64,000 bases of DNA from Candidatus Sericytochromatia bacterium (lineage in GTDB: Bacteria > Cyanobacteriota > Sericytochromatia > S15B-MN24 > VGJW01): contig JAYKHS010000014.1 of assembly GCA_035285865.1 (NCBI GenBank), forward strand, positions 32,001 through 96,000. Direction: 5' to 3'. The notes beneath the pieces were generated by a model. The model did no database searches, was not told the DNA's origin, and saw nothing but the letters and a program-made list of their open reading frames with translations. The first letter of the stretch is position 1. Every line of letters begins with the position of its first letter. Below, in pieces: positions 28,907 through 37,704 of the stretch. Position numbers and translations under genes: made by a program.

Positions 28907-30102
28907 GTATCCTTTCCCCGGGTGGCCGCCTCGCGGTGTGCGGGGCGGGCACCATGGGCCGAGGCATCGCCCAGGTGGCAGCCGCGGCAGGCCACGAGGT
29001 GCTTGTCCTTGATGCCTTGCCCGGGGCTGCCGAACGGGGCATCGCGGCCATCTCGGCCGACCTGCGCAAGTTGGCCGCCAAGGGCAAGGTCCCGGTGGCC
29101 GAGGTCGAGGCGACCTTGTCCCGCCTGCGTGCCGTCGATTCGCTTGGGCAAATCGCGGGAGCGTCGATCCTGATCGAGGCCATCCATGAGGACCTCGCGA
29201 CCAAGCAAGCGCTTTTCCGCGAGGCCGGTGCGCTGCTCGGCCCCGAGGCCTTGCTGGCTTCCAACACGTCGGCCTTGCCGGTGACGGCGCTGGCGGCCGA
29301 GGCGCCGGATCCCCGCCGAGTCGTCGGGATGCACTTTTTCAACCCCGTGCCGCGCATGGCCCTATGCGAGATCGTGCGCGCCCGGCAGACCTCGCCGGAG
29401 ACCGTGGCCGAGGCCGAAGCCCTGGCCGCGGCCTTCGGCAAGCAGACGGTCACGGTCGCCGACACTCCGGGGTTCCTCGTGAACCGCGTCGCTCGTCCCT
29501 ATTACCTTGAGGCCGTGCGGATGCTGGGCGCCGGGGAGGGGGATGTCGTCGGCATCGACGCTTCGGCCCGGGCTGCAGGATTCCCGATGGGCCCCTTCAC
29601 CCTGATGGACCTCATCGGGATTGATGTCAATCTGGCCGTGTCCCGGGCCGTTTTCGAGGGCATGTCCGGCGAACCGCGGTTCCGGCCCCACGTCCTCCAG
29701 CAGCAGCAGGTCCACGCCCGTCAGTACGGCCGCAAGAACGGTCACGGGTGGTACGCGATGGACGCGGCTGGGCAGCCTGTCGTGCCGGAGGGAGCAGGCT
29801 GGACCCGTTCCTATGTCGCCGAGAGCCTGCCGGGGCTGGATGCGACGGCCAGCCGGCTCGTGGCAGCCATCATCAACGAGGCGCACCATGCCTGGGCTGA
29901 AGGCTGGGCCGGTGCCGAGGAAGGTGGCGCCGTGGTCGACCGTGCCGTGAGGCTCGGATTGAACTATCCGCATGGCCCCTTGGCGTGGGGTGATGCGCTG
30001 GGTCTGGATAGGGTGTTTGCGGTGCTTGAGGCCCATGCCGAAGTCTTCGGGGGCGAGCGTTTCCGTCCTGCCCCGCTCTTGCGTCGTCGCCTGTCTCGTT
30101 AG
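28903..30102 (+). CDS. paaH: 3-hydroxyacyl-CoA dehydrogenase (PaaH-like)
   Basis: GAGTMGRGIAQ, IEAIHE, SNTSAL, GMHFFNP, PGFLVNR, FPMGPF. Confidence 0.85.
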   Translation: MSILSPGGRLAVCGAGTMGRGIAQVAAAAGHEVLVLDALPGAAERGIAAISADLRKLAAKGKVPVAEVEATLSRLRAVDSLGQIAGASILIEAIHEDLATKQALFREAGALLGPEALLASNTSALPVTALAAEAPDPRRVVGMHFFNPVPRMALCEIVRARQTSPETVAEAEALAAAFGKQTVTVADTPGFLVNRVARPYYLEAVRMLGAGEGDVVGIDASARAAGFPMGPFTLMDLIGIDVNLAVSRAVFEGMSGEPRFRPHVLQQQQVHARQYGRKNGHGWYAMDAAGQPVVPEGAGWTRSYVAESLPGLDATASRLVAAIINEAHHAWAEGWAGAEEGGAVVDRAVRLGLNYPHGPLAWGDALGLDRVFAVLEAHAEVFGGERFRPAPLLRRRLSR

Positions 30103-30126
30103 TCCTGCCTTTCGGAGAGCCTGTCC

Positions 30127-31338
30127 ATGGCCGCACACGAAGCCCTGATCTACAGCGCGGTCCGCACCCCCATCGGTCGTCTGGGTGGAGCGCTTGCCGG
30201 GGTGCGCCCCGATGACCTCGCCGCCGTGGCCATTGCAGAGGCGATGCGTCGCAGCGGACTGGACCCGGAACTGCTCGAGGATGTCATCCTCGGATGTGCC
30301 AACCAGGCCGGGGAGGACAACCGTAACGTCGCCCGCATGGCCTCCCTGCTGGCAGGCTTGCCCATCGGCTCCGGCGGGCAGACCGTCAACCGTTTGTGCG
30401 GGTCGGGCTTGCAGGCCGTCATCACGGCCAGCCACGCCATTCGCGCCGACGAAGGCCGCATGTTTCTCGCCGGCGGAGTCGAGTCGATGACTCGGGCCCC
30501 GTTTGTCATGGGCAAGGCTGACAAACCCTGGAGCCGCGATCTGCAGGTCCATGACACTTCCCTCGGCTGGCGATTCGTGAATCCACGGCTGGCCGAGCTG
30601 CATCATCCCTATGCGATGGGGGAGACCGCCGAGAATGTGGCCGAGCGTTACGGAATCTCGCGCGAGGACCAGGATGCGTTCGCCATTCGCAGCCAGCAGG
30701 CGTGGGAGCGGGCGCAGCAGCACGAGCTGTTCGCGGATGAACTGGTGCCGGTTTCGGTGCCCGGTCGCAAGAAGGGTGAGGTGCTTGCGGTCTCGGTGGA
30801 CGAGCATCCGCGCCCGGAAACGAATCTCGAGGGTCTGGCCCGACTGAAGCCGGCTTTCCGGCAAGGGGGTACGGTGACGGCCGGCAACGCCAGCGGCCTC
30901 AACGACGGTGCCGCGGCGCTGGTGGTGGCATCCGAGGCCCTTTTTGTGCCTGAGGGAGTCCGCCCACTCGCCCGGGTGGCGGCGTCGGCCGTCGCGGGCG
31001 TGGATCCCGCCGTCATGGGTGTGGGACCTGTGCCGGCCGTCCGCAAGGCCTTGGCGCGGGCGGGGCTCTCGGTGGGCGACCTCGCTGCCATCGAGTTGAA
31101 CGAGGCCTTTGCGGCGCAGGCCTTGGCCTGTATCCGGGAGTTGGACCTGGATCCCGACCGCGTCAATCCTCTGGGCGGCGCGATTGCCTTGGGGCACCCG
31201 CTGGGCATGAGCGGTGCCCGCATCCTGACGACGCTGGTCCATCACCTCCGTCGGACCCGCGGTCGCTTTGGCCTGGCCACGATGTGCGTGGGAGTGGGCC
31301 AAGGCATCGCGCTCATCATCGAGAACCTCGACGCGTAA
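30127..31338 (+). CDS. paaJ: 3-oxoadipyl-CoA thiolase (PaaJ/PcaF-like)
   Basis: GCANQAGEDNRNVARM, NRLCGSG, NEAFA, GHPLG, MCVGVGQG. Confidence 0.88.
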   Translation: MAAHEALIYSAVRTPIGRLGGALAGVRPDDLAAVAIAEAMRRSGLDPELLEDVILGCANQAGEDNRNVARMASLLAGLPIGSGGQTVNRLCGSGLQAVITASHAIRADEGRMFLAGGVESMTRAPFVMGKADKPWSRDLQVHDTSLGWRFVNPRLAELHHPYAMGETAENVAERYGISREDQDAFAIRSQQAWERAQQHELFADELVPVSVPGRKKGEVLAVSVDEHPRPETNLEGLARLKPAFRQGGTVTAGNASGLNDGAAALVVASEALFVPEGVRPLARVAASAVAGVDPAVMGVGPVPAVRKALARAGLSVGDLAAIELNEAFAAQALACIRELDLDPDRVNPLGGAIALGHPLGMSGARILTTLVHHLRRTRGRFGLATMCVGVGQGIALIIENLDA

Positions 31339-31367
31339 GCCCCCCCGGCCGAGGGCCGGAGGGGCTT
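31337..31367. terminator. Hairpin between convergent genes (probable bidirectional terminator)
   Basis: aagccccccc-ggcc-gag-ggcc-gga-ggggctt inverted repeat immediately after the thiolase stop. Confidence 0.6.
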
Positions 31368-31383
31368 CGAGACAGGCCGCAGG

Positions 31384-31509
31384 TCAGCGCACGTCCTTGG
31401 TCGGCTTCGGCTTGGGGGTGGGATGGTCGTGACCGTCATGTGCGAAGGCGACGTTCGTGGTGGCCACGATGACCAGCGCGCAGGCAAACAGGGAGAGGAT
31501 GCGACCCAT
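31384..31509 (-). CDS. Small secreted His-rich peptide (41 aa), not in the ORF track
   Basis: Manual translation MGRILSLFACALVIVATTNVAFA|HDGHDHPTPKPKPTKDVR; strong RBS AAAGGAG upstream; paralog at 32055-32198. Confidence 0.7.
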   Translation of the reverse strand: MGRILSLFACALVIVATTNVAFAHDGHDHPTPKPKPTKDVR

Positions 31510-31596
31510 GGCTTGACTCCTTTGTGAAGCGGGGGTGCTCCACGTTAGGTCAGTCAATGCCGATTTGCGAGTTCCTTAACAAGCAATTGATGTTGC

Positions 31597-32049
31597 TTAA
31601 TCCGGTGACGCTTCGATCGGGATGGTCCGTGGCTGCGCGATCTCGAGGCGAGGAAGCCAGACCGCCAGTACGCCGTCCTTGAGCGTGGCCCGGATGCGAT
31701 CGATGGCCACGTCCGCAGGCAGGGGCACGGTCCGGGCGAAACGGCCGTGGGGCCGTTCCGATGCCAGGGGTCGCGTGCCATCCGTCTCGAAGCGCAGGCG
31801 CTCGCCCGTGACGAGCAGTTGCCGCCCTTCGACCTGCAGGCCGAGGTCCTCCTGCCTGAGCCCGGGCACATCGAGTTGCACGACGAAGGCTTCGGCTTGC
31901 TCGAGCACGTCCATCGGCGGCTCCCAAGGAGCAAGGCCCCGATCCGGTGCGGCGCCATCGCGCCGTTCCACCTGATCGAGGCCTTGTCCAAGCTCCTCGA
32001 GCAACCGCAGCAGCAGGGGGGAAACCCTGGAGCCTTGGTGCTGGGTCAT
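31597..32049 (-). CDS. Small heat shock protein (Hsp20/alpha-crystallin)
   Basis: PPMDVLE, LDVPGL, L.VTGER, SERPHGRFARTVPLP, ATLKDGVL.V.LP. Confidence 0.9.
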   Translation of the reverse strand: MTQHQGSRVSPLLLRLLEELGQGLDQVERRDGAAPDRGLAPWEPPMDVLEQAEAFVVQLDVPGLRQEDLGLQVEGRQLLVTGERLRFETDGTRPLASERPHGRFARTVPLPADVAIDRIRATLKDGVLAVWLPRLEIAQPRTIPIEASPD

Positions 32050-32054
32050 GAGCG

Positions 32055-32198
32055 CTACTTGGGCTCCTTGGTGGGCTTGGGGAGCGGGCAGCTGCCATGG
32101 CCACCGCCGCAATCGTGAGCGCTGGCCATCGAGCCGGTGCCCATCACGCCCATCACGCCCGCAACCAGGGCGGCGACCAGAATCTTCCGCATCATCAT
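32055..32198 (-). CDS. Small secreted peptide (47 aa) with His/Cys N-terminal mature part
   Basis: MMMRKILVAALVAGVMGVMGTGSMASA|HDCGGGHGSCPLPKPTKEPK; RBS GAGG upstream; stop 5 nt before the Hsp20 start. Confidence 0.7.
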   Translation of the reverse strand: MMMRKILVAALVAGVMGVMGTGSMASAHDCGGGHGSCPLPKPTKEPK

Positions 32199-32287
32199 TC
32201 CATCCTCGTGGGTTAACTTGCCGTAAAGAAGAGGATAGCGAAGGACCTGGCGACATGGAGTCAAGGTAATGCAGATTGAAGAAAGAT

Positions 32288-32782
32288 TTAATGAGGCCGG
32301 CGATGCAGCAGGACCACGGCTTGTGCCGCGATGCCCTCGGCGCGGCCGATGGCCCCCAGATGGTCGGGAGTCGTCGCCTTGATGGATACGGCGTCCGTGC
32401 CTGCGCCCAGGCGGCCGGCCAGCACGGCGCGCATCTCCGGGATCCATGGCTTGAGCCGCGGCCGCTGGGCGATGATGGTGAGGTCGGCGTTGCCCAGAAC
32501 CCATCCGGCCCCATCCACCAACGCCGTGACGGTATCGAGCAGCACGAGGCTGCTCGCGCCCTTGAATCGCGGGTCACCGGGGGGGAAATGGGTACCCAGG
32601 TCTCCCAGGGCCAGGGCACCCAGCAGCGCATCCATCAGCGCGTGGGTGACGGTGTCGGCATCGGAGTCCCCGTCGAGCCCCCGTTCGCCGGGGATGGTCA
32701 CGCCACCGAGCACCAGCGGGCGGTCTTCCGCGAAGGCGTGCACATCGTAGCCGCTGCCGATGCGGATCGGGGGATGGAACAA
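32288..32782 (-). CDS. ispF: 2-C-methyl-D-erythritol 2,4-cyclodiphosphate synthase
   Basis: RIGSGYDVHAF, LVLGGV, SDAD..HALMDALLGA, SIKATT, GRAEGIAA. Confidence 0.93.
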   Translation of the reverse strand: MFHPPIRIGSGYDVHAFAEDRPLVLGGVTIPGERGLDGDSDADTVTHALMDALLGALALGDLGTHFPPGDPRFKGASSLVLLDTVTALVDGAGWVLGNADLTIIAQRPRLKPWIPEMRAVLAGRLGAGTDAVSIKATTPDHLGAIGRAEGIAAQAVVLLHRRPH

Positions 32783-32818
32783 GGTTGAAGCCTCCGTCTG
32801 GTCTGCCCATGGCATAGC

Positions 32819-34690
32819 ATGGCAGCCATGGAACGTGTCTGGGACGTCGTCGTCGTCGGCGGTGGCCACGCCGGCATCGAGGCGGGCATGGCCGCCCACC
32901 GGCTGGGGGCCATGGTCCTGCTCGTCACCACGGATCGTGCCACCTTGGGCGCCATGCCCTGCAATCCGGCCATCGGCGGGCCCGCGAAGTCCACGCTGGT
33001 TCGCGAGGTTGATGCGCTTGGGGGATGGATGGCCCGCGCAGCCGATGCCTCCCGCATCCAGGCAAAGGTCCTGAATGCCAGCAAGGGACCTGCGGTGCAG
33101 GCCTTGCGCCTGCAGTGCGACAAGCATGCCTATGCGGCTTGGATGAATCGTCTGGTCTCTGCACACCTCACGGTGCTCGAGGCCTCGGCCCGGGATTTCG
33201 CCCCGATTCCCGGGGGGTGGTCCCTCGAGACGAATGTCGGTGCGGTCAAAGCCCGGAGCCTGGTGCTGACGACCGGCACGTTCATGTCCGGACTGTGTCA
33301 CACGGGCGCGGCCTCGAGTCCCGGCGGGCGAATCGGAGAAGCTCCGTCGACCGGTTTGTCCGAAGCCCTGCGGCGGCTGGGATTGCGCACGCGGCGCATG
33401 AAGACCGGCACGCCGCCCAGGGTGGATCGGCGCTCGCTGGACTTCAGCCAGATGCAGCAGGCCCCGGGGGATGCCGGGGACCTCGCGCTGTCCTTTCTGC
33501 CGCTCGATCGCAGCCATGTCGATGTCATGTGTCATCTTGTTTACACAAATGAAAAGACACATGAGATTGTTCGTGACAATATGCATTTGTCGCCAATGTT
33601 TCAGGGGCGGATCGAAGGGCCGGGACCGCGGTATTGCCCGAGCTTCGAGGACAAGGTCCACCGTTTTGCCGACAAGCCGGCTCATGGCCTCTTCATCGAG
33701 CCTGAGGGCCTCGAGACCGACTGGATCTACGTCCAGGGTTTCTCGACCTCGCTGCCTGCCGACGTGCAGCTGGCCATGCTGCGGACCCTGCCCGGATTCA
33801 GACAGGTCGAACTGCTGCGCCCCGGCTACGCCGTGGAGTACGACCAACTGCCCGCCATCCAGCTTGCTCCGACCCTCGAGGTCAAGGATTGGCCCGGTCT
33901 CTTCACGGCGGGCCAGATCAACGGCACCTCCGGCTACGAGGAGGCCGCCGCCCAGGGGCTGCTGGCCGGCCTGAACGCGGCGCGCCACGCTCGTGGAACC
34001 CCCGGTGTGGTCCTGCCCCGCGACGGATCGTTCCTGGGCACGCTGGTCGATGATCTGACGACCATGGACATCCCCGAGCCCTACCGGATGTTGACGGCGA
34101 GGTCGGAGTATCGGCTCGTGCTGCGCGGGGACAATGCCGACCTGCGCCTGACCCCCCTCGGGCGGGAGCTGGGTCTGGTGCCCGATGAACGATGGCAGGC
34201 TTTCGAGGCGCGACGCGAGGCGATTGCAGAGGCTCTGCGCTGGCTGGAACGGACCCGCATCCTGCCGTCTGCAGAGGTGGATGCTGTGCTGGCACCCCAC
34301 GGAGAGGCACTGGCTGTTCCCTCGACCCTGGCCGATCTCCTGCGTCGCCCGCGCGTGCCGGCCGAGACCGTCTGGGCGCTCGGGGCGCGCACGGGCGACG
34401 CTTCGGATGTCGTCGCGCAGGCGGCCATCACGACCAAGTACGCCGGCTACATCCGCCGGATGGAAGAGGACATCCGACGCCAGGCCGCCTCGGTCGCCGT
34501 CGCCATCCCCGCCGGACTCGACTATGGTCAGGTGCAGGGGCTGTCGCAGGAGGCGCGCGAGAAGTTGGGGCGCGTCCGGCCGACGACCCTGGGCCAGGCC
34601 CAGCGCATTCCCGGGGTGACGCCTGTGGACATCGGCCTGCTGCGCGTCCATCTGGCCCGCGTGTCCGGTGGTGCCCCCGTGGTAGCATGA
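32819..34690 (+). CDS. mnmG: tRNA uridine-5-carboxymethylaminomethyl modification enzyme MnmG (GidA)
   Basis: GGGHAG, CNPAIGG, SKGPAV, KTGTPPR, GPRYCPS, AGQINGTSGYEEAAAQG. Confidence 0.96.
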   Translation: MAAMERVWDVVVVGGGHAGIEAGMAAHRLGAMVLLVTTDRATLGAMPCNPAIGGPAKSTLVREVDALGGWMARAADASRIQAKVLNASKGPAVQALRLQCDKHAYAAWMNRLVSAHLTVLEASARDFAPIPGGWSLETNVGAVKARSLVLTTGTFMSGLCHTGAASSPGGRIGEAPSTGLSEALRRLGLRTRRMKTGTPPRVDRRSLDFSQMQQAPGDAGDLALSFLPLDRSHVDVMCHLVYTNEKTHEIVRDNMHLSPMFQGRIEGPGPRYCPSFEDKVHRFADKPAHGLFIEPEGLETDWIYVQGFSTSLPADVQLAMLRTLPGFRQVELLRPGYAVEYDQLPAIQLAPTLEVKDWPGLFTAGQINGTSGYEEAAAQGLLAGLNAARHARGTPGVVLPRDGSFLGTLVDDLTTMDIPEPYRMLTARSEYRLVLRGDNADLRLTPLGRELGLVPDERWQAFEARREAIAEALRWLERTRILPSAEVDAVLAPHGEALAVPSTLADLLRRPRVPAETVWALGARTGDASDVVAQAAITTKYAGYIRRMEEDIRRQAASVAVAIPAGLDYGQVQGLSQEAREKLGRVRPTTLGQAQRIPGVTPVDIGLLRVHLARVSGGAPVVA

Positions 34691-34761
34691 CAGCCTGATT
34701 GCTGCTTTTCCGGTCGGGTGACGTGGCCCGCCGGCCTTTTCCGAGAAGGGGTTTGCGCGCC

Positions 34762-36465
34762 ATGGAACGCGACGTCGCCGAGATGGGTCTGGTCATCGTG
34801 GGCGGGGGGCCTGCCGGCTTCTCGTGCGCGCTGCGGCTCGCCCAGCTCATCGATGCCCATAATGCCGACGTGGCCGCAGGCCGCGTCTCCGGCACGCCGC
34901 TCGACAAGGAGTCCATCGTCGTCCTCGAGAAAGCGACGGACATCGGCAGCCACCAGCTTTCGGGTGCCGTCCTCGACCCGCGGGCCCTGCGCGAGCTGGT
35001 GCCCGACTTCATGGCCAAGGGCTGCCCCGTCGAGTCGCCCGTGACCTCGGACGAGGTGCTGGTCCTCGGCGAGGACTGGCAGTTCCGCCTCCCCGTCGTG
35101 CCACCGGCCCTCGACAACCACGGGAACCTCATCGTCTCGCTCAACCGTTTCACGGGCTGGCTCGCCGGGCTCGTCGAGCAGGCCGGAATCACCGTTGCGC
35201 CGGGCATGCCCGTTGGCAGCGTGCTGTACGAGGACGGTCGCGTCACGGGAGTCCGTGGCACGGACAACGGTCTCGATCGTGACGGCAAGCCCAAGGCCGG
35301 GGCCTATCAGCCCGGAACCGACTTCATCGCACCATTGACCATTTTTGCCGAGGGCACGCGCGGCCATCTGGCCAAGGACCTGGTGGCTCGCCTTGGCCTG
35401 GATGCAGGGCGCCATCCCCAGCGGTGGTCGCAGGGCATCAAGGAAATCTGGAAGATCCGCCCCGAGAAGCACCAGTTGGGCAAGGTCACCCACACCATGG
35501 GCTGGCCGCTGCGCAGCGAGGAGTATGGCGGCAGCTTCATCTACCACATTGCCGACAACCACGTGTCCATCGGCTTCGTCTCCGGTCTCGAGTACGCCGA
35601 CCCGCGTTTCGATCCGCATCGGGTCATGCAGCAGTTCAAGACTCATCCCCTCGTGCGCGATCTGCTCGAAGGCGCCACGCTCGTGCGTTACGGGGCGAAG
35701 ACCATTCCCTCCGGCGGCTGGCACACCATGCCCAAGCTCTCTTTCCCCGGGGGCCTGCTGCTGGGCGACAGCGCTGCCCTCGTCAACGGCATGCGCCTCA
35801 AGGGCATCCACACCGCGATGAAGTCGGGCATGCTGGCGGCCGAGACCGCCTTCGAGGCGATGAAGCGCGGCGAGGCCCCGCAGGACCTGCTCGATGGCTA
35901 CGAGACCCGGCTGCGCTCGTCCTGGGTGGGCCAGGAACTGCGTGCCGTCCGGGACTTCCACCAGGGCTTCGAGCGCGGTTTCTTCGCCGGTCTCATCAAT
36001 GCCGGCTTCGTGACGGTCTCCGGGGGCAAAGGGCTCTTCACCGACAGCCTCGGGCACTCAGGCGGCCACACCCGGATGCAATCGCTTGCCGCCTACTATC
36101 CCGATGGCGTGCCGGCCGACGACTTCCGTCCGGATGGCGTGCTGACCTTCCGCAAGCTGGATGAGGTCATCAAGAGCGGCACCATCCATGAGGAGAATCA
36201 GCCCTGCCATCTCGTCATCGCCGAGGAGGCCCGCGAGGACATCTGCAACGACCGCTGCACGCGCGAGTTCGGCAATCCCTGTCAGCACTTCTGTCCCGCC
36301 CAGGTGTACGAGATGGTGGCCGCAGGCGAGGGCGAGCAGGCTCGGCTCGTGATCAACGCCTCGAATTGTGTCCACTGCAAGACCTGCGACATCATGGATC
36401 CCTATCAGGTCATCCAGTGGGTCGCGCCCGAAGCGGGCGGCGGTCCCGTCTACAGCGGGATGTAG
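34762..36465 (+). CDS. Electron transfer flavoprotein-ubiquinone oxidoreductase
   Basis: GGGPAG, LSGAV, AEGTRG, GIKEIW, KGIHTAMKSG, CPAQVYE...NCVHCKTCDI. Confidence 0.93.
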   Translation: MERDVAEMGLVIVGGGPAGFSCALRLAQLIDAHNADVAAGRVSGTPLDKESIVVLEKATDIGSHQLSGAVLDPRALRELVPDFMAKGCPVESPVTSDEVLVLGEDWQFRLPVVPPALDNHGNLIVSLNRFTGWLAGLVEQAGITVAPGMPVGSVLYEDGRVTGVRGTDNGLDRDGKPKAGAYQPGTDFIAPLTIFAEGTRGHLAKDLVARLGLDAGRHPQRWSQGIKEIWKIRPEKHQLGKVTHTMGWPLRSEEYGGSFIYHIADNHVSIGFVSGLEYADPRFDPHRVMQQFKTHPLVRDLLEGATLVRYGAKTIPSGGWHTMPKLSFPGGLLLGDSAALVNGMRLKGIHTAMKSGMLAAETAFEAMKRGEAPQDLLDGYETRLRSSWVGQELRAVRDFHQGFERGFFAGLINAGFVTVSGGKGLFTDSLGHSGGHTRMQSLAAYYPDGVPADDFRPDGVLTFRKLDEVIKSGTIHEENQPCHLVIAEEAREDICNDRCTREFGNPCQHFCPAQVYEMVAAGEGEQARLVINASNCVHCKTCDIMDPYQVIQWVAPEAGGGPVYSGM

Positions 36466-36636
36466 CCATCGCGAGGCCCGTCGGTCCCCGTACCGGCGGG
36501 CCTTGTCGCATCCGGGGCTTGCGCCATCGTTGCGCCTTCGTCGCGCCTGCACACCCCAAACAGGAAGTCGGTCCGCCCGCACGGGCAGACCGACTTCGGA
36601 AACCGGAACAACGGCCGTGAGGCCGCTGCTGCAGCG

Positions 36637-36834
36637 TCAGTCCGGCTCGATGGCACCGTCGATCGGGCAGGCCGCCAGGCAGGCCCCGCACGAGATGCAC
36701 ACGGCCTCGTCGATGAAGTAGAAGTTGGTGCCCTTGGTGTTGGTGCCGTCTCCGGGATGGATGCAATCCACGGGACAGACGGGCACGCAGTCGGCGACGC
36801 CTTCACAGACGTCCTTGAGAATGACGTAGGACAT
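36637..36834 (-). CDS. Small dicluster ferredoxin
   Basis: CEGVADCVPVCP...CISCGACLAACP. Confidence 0.88.
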   Translation of the reverse strand: MSYVILKDVCEGVADCVPVCPVDCIHPGDGTNTKGTNFYFIDEAVCISCGACLAACPIDGAIEPD

Positions 36835-36871
36835 GAATGGAAATCCTGAAGCAAGCGGAGACGGGACGACT

Positions 36872-36893
36872 CCCTAGGTGTTTCATCCTAGGG
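36872..36893. promoter_or_regulatory. Perfect inverted repeat upstream of ferredoxin (operator or terminator)
   Basis: CCCTAGG-tgtttcat-CCTAGGG in the intergenic region. Confidence 0.35.
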
Positions 36894-36924
36894 TCGCGCG
36901 GAGCCTCTGTCAAACGGCAGCCCG

Positions 36925-37704
36925 TCAGTGCTGCAGTTTCCAGCCCGAGCGGAAGACGGCCGTGACTCCGGCAAGCGCCACCACGGCCAAGCCCCCGACG
37001 ATGGAGAAGCCGTGGAGCACCGGCAATGCGGCGTGGCCGGTGACGGCCCAGCGCAGCATGTCGACCATCGGCGTCATCGGATTGAGCCTGGCGAGGGTGG
37101 CCAGCGGACCGGGGAGGCCGTCCTGGTGGACGGACAGGAAGACGCCGGCCGTGTAGACCAGCGGGGTCACGAGGAAGGTCTGCGGGATGGACATCTGATC
37201 GAAGCTCTCGGCCGCCAGCCCCATCAGCAGGCCGAGGCTCGCGAAGCACACGGCCAGCAGGATGACGAGAGCCACGAGCGCCACCGGATGCACGGGCAGG
37301 CTGGCCCCGTACGGCGTACCGACGAGGAGGCCCACGCCAAGCACCAATCCGGCGATGAGCAGCGCGCGCAGGATGGTCCCGGACAGCAGGCCGAGCACCA
37401 TCTCGAGTCGGGACAGCGGGGCCACCAGGATCTCCTGGATGCTGCCCGTGAACCGCAGGATGAACAGCGAGGCCGCTGATTCGCCGAAGCTCGTCTCGAC
37501 GATTTGCATGAACATGAGTCCGGGCAGCAGGAAGGCGACGTAGGGCAGGCCCTCCATCTCGCCCACGGCACGGCCGAGGCCGATCACGAACACCGTCAGG
37601 AACAGCACGGTCGCGATGATCGGCGGCCAGACGACCTGGTTGATGATTCTGAAGGTCCGACGCAACTCCCTGCGGCACAGCGTGAGGAGACCGACGAAGT
37701 TCAT
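36925..37704 (-). CDS. ABC-2 type transporter permease (YadH-like)
   Basis: RRELRRTFR, YVAFLLPGL, EILVAPLS, LNPMTPMVD.LR. Confidence 0.88.
   Translation of the reverse strand: MNFVGLLTLCRRELRRTFRIINQVVWPPIIATVLFLTVFVIGLGRAVGEMEGLPYVAFLLPGLMFMQIVETSFGESAASLFILRFTGSIQEILVAPLSRLEMVLGLLSGTILRALLIAGLVLGVGLLVGTPYGASLPVHPVALVALVILLAVCFASLGLLMGLAAESFDQMSIPQTFLVTPLVYTAGVFLSVHQDGLPGPLATLARLNPMTPMVDMLRWAVTGHAALPVLHGFSIVGGLAVVALAGVTAVFRSGWKLQH

Noticed and set aside
32782..33605. Replication origin near mnmG
   Set aside because: No dnaA or sizeable intergenic region, and only isolated imperfect DnaA-box-like 9-mers
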